A stretch of DNA of 64,000 bases from the sequence record HQ630627.1. One strand, written 5' to 3'. The position numbers and the translations under genes were made by a program. Within the stretch, counting starts at the first letter, position 1. Every line of letters begins with the position of its first letter. Origin of the DNA: Pseudomonas phage PhiPA3. Of this stretch, positions 40,020 through 48,112 are shown piece after piece. The notes beneath the pieces are model-generated. The model did not search any database. It worked only from the letters and a program-made list of their open reading frames with translations, and was not told the origin of the DNA.

Positions 40020-40273
40020 CGACATAAAGCCCTCCCCAAAGGGAGGGCCATTATGCTGTCTAGAAGTAACGATCGGTCGTCATGAGTAAATTCAATATTC
40101 ATATTAAGAATCTTAGAGACATCATCACTTAATGATCTAAAATTATTAATATCTATTTTTTGATTATCTAGTTTATCCCGAATTTTTATTAGATGTTCTT
40201 CTATCAATGGACCTAAGTCCCGCTTGACATTAACATCCAATACCTCATTAGAGATTTTTATCGTATGTGGCAT
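39920..40273 (-). CDS. hypothetical small protein in the AT-rich island
   Basis: ORF survives in AT-rich DNA; the 3' portion overlaps fibre C and the hairpin, so the true extent is uncertain. Confidence 0.25.
   Translation of the reverse strand: MPHTIKISNEVLDVNVKRDLGPLIEEHLIKIRDKLDNQKIDINNFRSLSDDVSKILNMNIEFTHDDRSLLLDSIMALPLGRALCRYAILPTSSKHGLHPMCVPVLPDALKSSLLIVV
40029..40056. terminator. hairpin gccctccc-caaa-gggagggc followed by CATTATGC
   Basis: lies at the boundary of the AT-rich island. Confidence 0.5.
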
Positions 40274-40374
40274 TTTATATCTCTACTAGTATTAATTTGC
40301 AATCATAAAGATATGGCTGTGTTGTATAGAATTCAATCTTACGCATGACGTATTATAAAAGAGAGGCACACAAA

Positions 40375-41889
40375 ATGTTTGAATTATTGTTGTCTTCTGG
40401 ACTAACAAATACCCCTATATATGCTGATCCTTATCCAGGTCCTAAAACACTAATAGCCGGAACAAGGGAATTGGGTTTATATGGTGAAACGTCGTCATCT
40501 GAATTATTTGGATATGACGATGCTGCTAAATTAGTTAATATGACATTTGGTACAGTTATTAATGAAGGGCAACCATGGTTAAAATTTTCCAATAACCATA
40601 TTACCTGCTACATTCCAAAAATGCCTGTACGTAAATCTATACAGAAATCACGTCTAAATAGTGCTGGTTTACGTAATGGTGATTATGAAGTTAGATTTAT
40701 GGGTAATATCTATAAATTTGGTTTATTAACAATGGTTGGTGCCGCATCTGAATGGCAAAGGTTATTATACAATGTCCATGTGTCTAATCTTAACGGAGCA
40801 AACTGGCCATATAAATTTACTGATAATGAATTAGGTATAAACCAAGCTGTTGCTGGTGGTATAAGTACTGATGGTACAACTAACTGGGGAAGAGATGCGG
40901 GTGCTAACCCATCTATTGACCAAATATATCGCGGCTATTATGCAATTGATGTAACTAGTGCATCTAGTAGTGAAACTGGTGCTGTTACGCAAGGATGGCG
41001 TCCAGTTATTTATGCAAGTGGCACGTATCCATTTGTTAAGAACAATGTTATTAAAATTGCTAATTTTGAAACAGATACCGAAATGGTAGCAGGTGCACAG
41101 ATTGGTAATTTGGTTTATTACTATGGCGGCAAAAATACAGCTAACTCTAACTTACGTATTTTAAATTTAGATACAGGTAAGTTAACAGTATTACAACCTA
41201 ATGGAACCCCTATAGCTGTTAAGCAATGTTCGGCAACAGCATTTAATGGGAAAGTATATTTTTATGGTGGCGAAAGTTCTACCGCTAATGTACTTACTAA
41301 AGACATGCAGTGTTATGACCCAGCTACTAATACATGGGAAATAAAATCACCAGGTACTATCACATGTCGTTATGCACGCTCCACTAGTCTTAACGGTTTA
41401 ATTTATATAATGGGTGCTGCCGATAATAATGCTACTAGTAATCGTGGATTCACATTGATTTATAATCCAGTTACTGATGCATATACCAGTGGAACACCAT
41501 TTAATGATACCGGTACTTATACACAAGACTATTCAGTAGGTGTGTATAATAATAGTGTATGTGTTATAGGTGGTATGGTTGGGACTGGTGTCAACACTGG
41601 CATTATCTCTTATAATCAGACTAACAATAATTGGTCTAAACCAATAACCACGGGTATACCTCTTGGTTCAGCAATTAATATACGACCAACTGGTGAACTG
41701 TATGTGATTGCAGGTGAGAACCAAAATAATGCACCAATTAAGTATTATGAGCCACGTTTATCACGTTGGATAAATTTAGGTAGTTTAGAAAATGGTCTGA
41801 TAGATTCTGGTTTTGCTAATACGTTTAATAACGCTGGTAAGTTATATGTTCTAAATGGTAATCAAGATTCAAAATACCAAGTTAGTTAA
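40375..41889 (+). CDS. tail fibre / receptor-binding paralog D (N-domain plus 6-blade Kelch-like propeller), AT-rich
   Basis: MFELLLSS N-terminus, GWRPVIYAS, and blades YYYGG/YFYGG/IYIMGA/VCVIGG/LYVIAG/LYVLNG. GC is far lower than its paralogs; AGAGAGG RBS. Confidence 0.55.
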   Translation: MFELLLSSGLTNTPIYADPYPGPKTLIAGTRELGLYGETSSSELFGYDDAAKLVNMTFGTVINEGQPWLKFSNNHITCYIPKMPVRKSIQKSRLNSAGLRNGDYEVRFMGNIYKFGLLTMVGAASEWQRLLYNVHVSNLNGANWPYKFTDNELGINQAVAGGISTDGTTNWGRDAGANPSIDQIYRGYYAIDVTSASSSETGAVTQGWRPVIYASGTYPFVKNNVIKIANFETDTEMVAGAQIGNLVYYYGGKNTANSNLRILNLDTGKLTVLQPNGTPIAVKQCSATAFNGKVYFYGGESSTANVLTKDMQCYDPATNTWEIKSPGTITCRYARSTSLNGLIYIMGAADNNATSNRGFTLIYNPVTDAYTSGTPFNDTGTYTQDYSVGVYNNSVCVIGGMVGTGVNTGIISYNQTNNNWSKPITTGIPLGSAINIRPTGELYVIAGENQNNAPIKYYEPRLSRWINLGSLENGLIDSGFANTFNNAGKLYVLNGNQDSKYQVS

Positions 41890-41898
41890 CGAAATAAA

Positions 41899-41926
41899 CC
41901 CTCCCATTATGGGAGGGTTTTATGTC
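41899..41926. terminator. hairpin ccctccc-atta-tgggaggg followed by TTTTATGTC
   Basis: between convergent genes. Confidence 0.5.
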
Positions 41927-41936
41927 AATGATTATT

Positions 41937-42305
41937 TTAGTAACCCTCATTCAACAGATCGGATAATGCTCTAGCTTGAGAAATATCAGTGGAAGCAAAT
42001 ACGTCAGAAAGATAATAATCATGATCTTTTGCATTCTGACGTAATTCATTCATTAGTTGTTTATTGGATACAGCCCAAATTCTCCATAAGTCTTTATAGT
42101 CCTCATACTTAGGATTATACCCATCTAATGGAGGTTTACCTTTCCCTGCTTTCCAATTATTGGAATGTATTCTGTATCCTTTACAGTCTAATTGCCAAGC
42201 TTCCTCAATCGTTCGTCCATCCGGTAGCCGAGCAAACAGGGCAGAGAATCGTTTGTCGCCAACGGAGGAACATTCGTATCCTCCGCGACGCTTCCACCGA
42301 TACAT
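41937..42305 (-). CDS. hypothetical protein (122 aa)
   Basis: start overlaps the stop of DNA polymerase exon 2 (TAATG); the 3' half is AT-rich. Confidence 0.4.
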   Translation of the reverse strand: MYRWKRRGGYECSSVGDKRFSALFARLPDGRTIEEAWQLDCKGYRIHSNNWKAGKGKPPLDGYNPKYEDYKDLWRIWAVSNKQLMNELRQNAKDHDYYLSDVFASTDISQARALSDLLNEGY

Positions 42306-42545
42306 TACTTTGGGGGTTGAGTTTCCTTGTGTTTTAGGTAAGCTGCCAGCATGTTATCCAGTTTGGCACCTTTCATGATCTTCTGTGCAATTTCGATACC
42401 GTTGACTCGACCCCCTGTCAGGTTCACACCCACTTCACGACGATCATGTTCAGAGATGTCTTTCATTGCCGAGAACTCCATGACGGTAGTCTCACGAGCA
42501 ATGTTCAGAATCTGACTCACGTTCGGATACGTACTTACAATCCAT
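42305..42545 (-). CDS. DNA polymerase (exonuclease part), exon 2
   Basis: short open frame continuing after the intron's 3' end; the upstream boundary is approximate. Confidence 0.4.
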
Positions 42546-42885
42546 ACCTTCGATAGAGTTCGTTATGCTCTACCCGCGTTTACACGCTGCTCCAGGCTTT
42601 CCCTGGATGTGGAGACTATATCACCATCCTTCTCTTTCGAGGATCGGATGCTTCCTATTTCCACCCACTTGGATGTACTCCCTTACGGGATAGTCGTTGA
42701 ACGTTCTTCTCAGAGAGAAGCTTCGCTGCGGATTGCCCAATACATGTGTCTTTTACCATACCCAGTGAGTTAGACTGGCCATCTAGTATATCGCTATCTA
42801 GACTTGGTGCACATGTCTCTAAGGATTTCCCCGTCAATTAAAGAAGTTTGCATCAAGTGTTCCAACTTGATGGGACTAATATTTA
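42546..42885 (-). ncRNA. group I self-splicing intron (ORF-less) in the DNA polymerase gene, paralogous to the intron at 23002-23445
   Basis: On the minus strand: P TTAATTGACGGGGAAA (42829-40), Q AATCCGCAGC (42725-34), R GTTCAACGACTA (42691-702), S GATATAGTCTCC (42611-24). Shares a ~60-nt near-identical Q-R core with the first intron. Confidence 0.7.
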
Positions 42886-44709
42886 ATCCAGATCAGCCAC
42901 GTGCGTAAACAAAAGTGTGTTGTAGTCGGGTAAGTCTTTGACACACTTCAGTCCGTTGGGTCCAGCCATGTACGAAGGCAGGGTAACGATCCAGGAATCG
43001 TGGCCAACAACATAGCTATCAAGATCATGAACCATCTGATCAGAGCTTGAACCAATTACACAGGGTTCAGGCCGCTTGAGATACCAGAAGTGCATGTCGT
43101 CGCACAGACGTTTCGGGTTAGAACTAAAGTTCTTGTAGTCCGAAGATTTCGAGAACAGAGTAATAGACGAAGCCAGGTCATTAATCTTTTCATCGAGTTG
43201 TTCCAGTCGAATGGAGTCGATGATGTTGTAAAGACCGTACCGGACTTTGTGGTTCTTCTGCATCTCAATGTGCCATTCGATACCTCCCAAGTAGTCAGTT
43301 TCAGCGAACTTCAGTTTACCAAAGTTCAGGCGCATCCCCACACCAAACCCAGGATGTACGTTGACACCCCAGACCAGCGAATCAACTTCTTCCCAGTGTT
43401 CTTCTCGTTCGACCTTTTCCTCACGGCGGTACTCGACTTGAACCCTCGGATCTTCCGGATCAATACCTTCTTGTAGCAGCTTCTCCTGAGCTGCGGTATA
43501 AACAGGGACATCGTTGTACGTGACGTCTACCTTATCCTTGCTCGGATCGTTGACCGACCAATATGGGTGGGCACCACTACGTTCAGCGATGGCTTTACCC
43601 ATCTTCTTCATCCAGCTGTTGAATTCCTCTTCAGTCTGAACAGTTTCCTGTTCATCCATGGAGAGTTCTTTCTTCAGGATGGCATCGAGGGCATAACTGG
43701 ATTCTTTACCTTTGGCCAATCGAGTTACACGATACGTGGCCATGGAGTCAATGCACTGGAACGACGCAGGTGCAGTAATCCAATGCCATTGGTCTTCTGG
43801 ACCTTTGGACTTGGTTACACCCGATGCCGTAGTGGTCATCGCTTGGTCTTGACGGTAATGGAAATACCGATAGTTCGGAGGAACTTGAGGATCACTGAAT
43901 ACGTTCTTCGGGTCAATGCCGTAGTTTTCCAGTGTGGTCAAGATTCGACTCATGTCGAAGTCGATATTCCAGAACGCGAAGAAGTCAGGCTTCCACTTGT
44001 GCAAACGACGCATGCAGTTGATGATGATATCAGCAGGCGAATTTACTACCTCAATTTCAATATTGAGATTACGTGCTTTTTTCAGAGTCACCAATTCTGG
44101 AATGCGTTCTAATTCGGCGAAGGTTTCGGCAACTGGGTCATCCAGATCTTTCACCCAATGCTTCAGATATGCCAGATACACGTTTTCCTTGTGTGTAACC
44201 GACATGCAGATAATCTGTCCCTCGTTCTCTTCTTCGTACACGTTGGTCTCGATGTCGCCACCGGCTACCGTGTTACGGGAAATAAGTTCCGGGTATTGCT
44301 CCCGGTAGTCGTTTTTGAGACAGCAGACTGAGCTTACGTCCGAACCGTACAGATAAGGGCTACGGCTCAATTGGCGCATACGTGGGTTAGGACCCATTGA
44401 GTAATCGCCTAACAACTTAGCGATCATACGTGGCATCTCCAGTTGAGTACAGGTGTACTTCTGGAGGTTACGTTCAAATTCGTAATCTTTCTTTTCTTTA
44501 TGATTTTGTCTTCCCTTCTGTGTAATCCAGAAGGGACGTTTGTAGTCTTCAACGACCCGAATACGTGGGATACGACGTTTGTCTTTAAGGTGAATGATTT
44601 CTTTGACTACGTGTGCATCATGCCTACGGCCAGTTTGGTCAGTCACATAAGTGATGTGTTTGGCTTCAATACCAACAACATCTTCTTTTGTAAATTGTAG
44701 GTCGGACAT
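42883..44709 (-). CDS. family-B DNA polymerase N-terminal part with 3'-5' exonuclease domain, exon 1
   Basis: Exo I GDIETNV, Exo II FWNIDFD and Exo III YALDAILKK at T4 gp43-like spacing. Confidence 0.55.
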   Translation of the reverse strand: MSDLQFTKEDVVGIEAKHITYVTDQTGRRHDAHVVKEIIHLKDKRRIPRIRVVEDYKRPFWITQKGRQNHKEKKDYEFERNLQKYTCTQLEMPRMIAKLLGDYSMGPNPRMRQLSRSPYLYGSDVSSVCCLKNDYREQYPELISRNTVAGGDIETNVYEEENEGQIICMSVTHKENVYLAYLKHWVKDLDDPVAETFAELERIPELVTLKKARNLNIEIEVVNSPADIIINCMRRLHKWKPDFFAFWNIDFDMSRILTTLENYGIDPKNVFSDPQVPPNYRYFHYRQDQAMTTTASGVTKSKGPEDQWHWITAPASFQCIDSMATYRVTRLAKGKESSYALDAILKKELSMDEQETVQTEEEFNSWMKKMGKAIAERSGAHPYWSVNDPSKDKVDVTYNDVPVYTAAQEKLLQEGIDPEDPRVQVEYRREEKVEREEHWEEVDSLVWGVNVHPGFGVGMRLNFGKLKFAETDYLGGIEWHIEMQKNHKVRYGLYNIIDSIRLEQLDEKINDLASSITLFSKSSDYKNFSSNPKRLCDDMHFWYLKRPEPCVIGSSSDQMVHDLDSYVVGHDSWIVTLPSYMAGPNGLKCVKDLPDYNTLLFTHVADLD

Positions 44710-44821
44710 CGAAAACAGCCCCTTTGTTTCGATTTAAAAACACGTATTATGGTGAAGCTAAGTATAAGCTCCCAATCCCAATCTTTATGATTACAATACC
44801 CACATGTCAAGGATGTTCTAG

Positions 44822-46066
44822 ATGAACATGAAACCCACTCTTTCCATGGAAATGCTTGCCATGGGAGCGAAGTCCAAGATCGGTGAGATCACTGAGGACT
44901 TCATTATTAAAGTCCGTGAGAAAGAACGCCTCGGTGTCCGTGTCGACGTCGATACGTTGAAGAAATACTGTGAGGACTTGAAGGCTGAAACTGGGATCAC
45001 TTATAGTTTCAAGCTTATCCTTTCGGATATCCCTGATGCAGGCGTGTACCACAAGGTTATCTTCATGGGTCACGCGGGTACTTGGTACTACACTGACCCC
45101 ATCAACAAAGTCACTGCTACTAGCAAGACTGCCATCGACATGGTCACTGAAATCGACCTGAAAAATGTCAAGGTTAAAGGTGGTGCCGCAGATGATTTGA
45201 TCTTCGAGTTCAACGTCTCCATGGGTATCTTGGGTGAGAAGCTAGGTTTCACTGTGCGTGAAGCTGCCGCTGTCATGATTCACGAAATTGGCCACACGTT
45301 TAACACGTTCATGTACATGGGTGACTACGTTTGGTTGAACTATTACCTGACTGATGGGATCGAGATCCTGCAAGGTAAGAAGGTCAACAAATACAAGTTA
45401 CAGATTCTGGATGAAACCTGGCTACTGGAAAATATTCCTGAAGCCATGCGTGAAGAATTCGTGAACGGTCGCAACGACGACGCCACTGTCCGTAAAGCTA
45501 TTCTATCTGCTTGGAAGAAAGCACCCCGTCACCATCTGACCAACAACCCCACCACGGCTATGCGTCGTGAAGAACAAATGGCTGATATGTTTGCCAGTCG
45601 TCTGGGTTATGGCCGTGATCTGGTTACAGGCCTGCACAAGATGGACAGGTTCTTCGGTGTTACTGGTACCAACTTCTGGCTGGGTCAGACCATCTCCCTG
45701 CTGTTTATGATTACATTTGCTCCACTCACTGCTTTGGCAATCTTGTACGCTGATTCTCCCGATGAGTACAACTTCGCTGCCCGTTACGACAACCCGCTCG
45801 AACGGTTTACCAAGATGCGCCGGGATATCATCGCACAAATGAAACGTGGCGCTTATCCGAAAGCGGAAGTTGAGCGTGATGTTAAAGCGATTGACGAATG
45901 TCTTAAAGACTATTCAAAGAACCGTAGTGTTTTCACAGCTCTGTTAGAATTCTTCCGTCCCCAATTGCGTCGTGAAGCTCAGTATACTCGACATGAGGAA
46001 AACTTAGAAGCTCTCGCGAACAATGATCTGTTCCTTCAAGCCTTCCGCCTCCAATCTAAGGTATAA
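44822..46066 (+). CDS. HExxH zinc-metallopeptidase-like protein (414 aa)
   Basis: MIHEIGHTF motif in a hydrophobic context; AAGGA RBS. Confidence 0.35.
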   Translation: MNMKPTLSMEMLAMGAKSKIGEITEDFIIKVREKERLGVRVDVDTLKKYCEDLKAETGITYSFKLILSDIPDAGVYHKVIFMGHAGTWYYTDPINKVTATSKTAIDMVTEIDLKNVKVKGGAADDLIFEFNVSMGILGEKLGFTVREAAAVMIHEIGHTFNTFMYMGDYVWLNYYLTDGIEILQGKKVNKYKLQILDETWLLENIPEAMREEFVNGRNDDATVRKAILSAWKKAPRHHLTNNPTTAMRREEQMADMFASRLGYGRDLVTGLHKMDRFFGVTGTNFWLGQTISLLFMITFAPLTALAILYADSPDEYNFAARYDNPLERFTKMRRDIIAQMKRGAYPKAEVERDVKAIDECLKDYSKNRSVFTALLEFFRPQLRREAQYTRHEENLEALANNDLFLQAFRLQSKV

Positions 46067-46070
46067 TACC

Positions 46071-46514
46071 ATGCGTCTTGGTTACGAAATCTCCCGACAT
46101 ATCAAAGAACTGAAGTCCCCGACCAACAACGAACGTCAATTGCGCGCTATGATGCTGGCTAATGCCATTGCATTTTACGTGCCGTTTGATCCAAGTCTGT
46201 CTGTAGAACAATTGATCGATACTCACCTACCGACTCTTCGTAAGGTGGTAGGTCAAGTTAACGAAAATATTACCGTGGATTCCAAGCTTGCTCAAGAACT
46301 CTTCAAGCAAGCCATCCGTATCCGCTTCGCTCTGCTTCACGGCGCCGCAGATCCAGCTGTCATCCTAATGGCCATGAAATCCGAAACTGCTGACAGTTTC
46401 CAGACTCCCGATGAAACAGCTGCTGCTGCACTACTGACTTCACGCCTGGACTTTGTTCGCGCACAAAATGGAATCGCTGAAGCTCTGCGTAATCTGGAGA
46501 CTGACGCTCAGTAA
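46071..46514 (+). CDS. hypothetical protein (147 aa)
   Basis: ATG immediately after the upstream stop. Confidence 0.4.
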   Translation: MRLGYEISRHIKELKSPTNNERQLRAMMLANAIAFYVPFDPSLSVEQLIDTHLPTLRKVVGQVNENITVDSKLAQELFKQAIRIRFALLHGAADPAVILMAMKSETADSFQTPDETAAAALLTSRLDFVRAQNGIAEALRNLETDAQ

Positions 46515-46529
46515 TACGAGGATGGTTGT

Positions 46530-46841
46530 ATGACCAACCAAACCGAACGGATAGAATTGATCTATCCGCGTATCACAAAGTCTTACGCTAGATCTTTAAT
46601 CATCGAAGAGAAAATTATCTCCGATGAGGATATGTTAGTTACAGTTTGCATCGTTAAACTCAAGAATGGACATCGGATTGTAACCGATGCCATTGTGGCT
46701 AATAAAGCAGCGTTTGATTCGAAGCGTGGTGTGATTGTAGCTAGACGCAAAGCGATCGAGGAGATTATTCGTCTTGAACTATATTTACTACGCCAGAAAA
46801 AATATGAGCGTTCATTAGAAGGTGATACTGATGCAAACTGA
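46530..46841 (+). CDS. hypothetical protein (103 aa)
   Basis: AGGATGG RBS. Confidence 0.4.
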   Translation: MTNQTERIELIYPRITKSYARSLIIEEKIISDEDMLVTVCIVKLKNGHRIVTDAIVANKAAFDSKRGVIVARRKAIEEIIRLELYLLRQKKYERSLEGDTDAN

Positions 46842-48072
46842 AGAAGAAATCCTTGAGTCTAAGTCGCATGTATTGGACGAAGCTTTGGATGAAGCGGTAA
46901 TCCCGCCGCAAGATATTAAAGTTGACGAAGAAGTGGCACGTCAACTACAAGTCGCCACAGAGCAGATTGGTGTTCTGACCGATCTGTATCACACCATCAA
47001 TGAAGAGGGTGTTTCTCAAGCTGACATCGATGCTCTTAAAGGTGTACGATCTAGTCTTGAGCAACATAATCTTCCATTACCGGCCATTGGTTTGGAAAAC
47101 TACGATGGTTTGTTTACGCCGATGCGGACTTCGGTTAACCTGAAAGTTTCTAACGAATCTATCCTGAAATCCATCACGGATACAATCAAGGAATGGTTCT
47201 ACAAACTGATTGATTGGGTAGCAAAAGTTCTGCAATGGTTCAAAGCACGGAAGTATTCCGATACGCAGATCATGCAGAAGGTCGATAAAGCACAATCCAA
47301 GCTTGATCTGGCCCGTGGATTGTTTGTGGGGATTGTTGCAGCCAACACACTCTCTACCCGTGATCTCCAACCGCAGTACGATGCACTGGCAGGAGAACTG
47401 CTGACTAATGTGCAACTACCGAAGAACGCCATGACATTGGTAGCTTTCGGTAATGGTGAGTACTCCATGGAACTTCGTCGGAAACTGGACAAAGCACAGG
47501 ATCTGTCAAAGAACCTGCTAACCGAGGTCAGTGAACTGCGAGATTTCGTACTGGGGAAATCGCAAGATCTAAACTTCTCCACAGGAACGGGTGATCAACT
47601 GGTTGCTCTGGCTAAAGACATCGCGGACTTTAATACAGAATCAGATGACCCAAACTTCTTCCTCAAGGACAAGGATCTGGGTAACCGTTTCTATGAAAAC
47701 ATCCGGATGATCAAACAACGGCGCACATTCTCTATTGAATTCATCTATAGTACTTACGCTAAAGTTGCTGATGAACTACGTAAAGTGCGTCGCTTTGAAC
47801 TGAAAGATAGTCAGATTCCAGCAGAATATTTCCAAGCCGCTTTCGAGAGTATTCATAAAGCTCTCATTGCGCTGCGTGAAATCATTGATGCATACTACAG
47901 GCTTTCTATTACACAATGGAAAGCCACAGCAACATTCATCAACTTCTATCTGCGAGCTTACGAAATCACTCGTAAAGACCGGATGGATAACCTGGTAGAT
48001 GATGTTGCCCGTGTAACGATCGAGAAACTGAACAAAGGTGTTGATGAACTCAAAGCCTCGCTCGGTATCTGA
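46822..48072 (+). CDS. hypothetical protein (416 aa)
   Basis: overlapping start; ends at hairpin 48083. Confidence 0.45.
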   Translation: MILMQTEEEILESKSHVLDEALDEAVIPPQDIKVDEEVARQLQVATEQIGVLTDLYHTINEEGVSQADIDALKGVRSSLEQHNLPLPAIGLENYDGLFTPMRTSVNLKVSNESILKSITDTIKEWFYKLIDWVAKVLQWFKARKYSDTQIMQKVDKAQSKLDLARGLFVGIVAANTLSTRDLQPQYDALAGELLTNVQLPKNAMTLVAFGNGEYSMELRRKLDKAQDLSKNLLTEVSELRDFVLGKSQDLNFSTGTGDQLVALAKDIADFNTESDDPNFFLKDKDLGNRFYENIRMIKQRRTFSIEFIYSTYAKVADELRKVRRFELKDSQIPAEYFQAAFESIHKALIALREIIDAYYRLSITQWKATATFINFYLRAYEITRKDRMDNLVDDVARVTIEKLNKGVDELKASLGI

Positions 48073-48082
48073 CGACATATTG

Positions 48083-48111
48083 CCCGCCCCGAAAGGAGCG
48101 GGCTTTATGCT
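48083..48111. terminator. hairpin gcccgcccc-gaaa-ggagcgggc followed by TTTATGC
   Basis: between convergent genes. Confidence 0.5.
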
Positions 48112-48112
48112 G

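Noticed and set aside
42655-42837. 60-aa ORF inside the DNA polymerase intron (minus strand)
   Set aside because: It lies across the conserved P/Q/R core elements of the ribozyme and is too short for any homing endonuclease family. It is considered non-coding.
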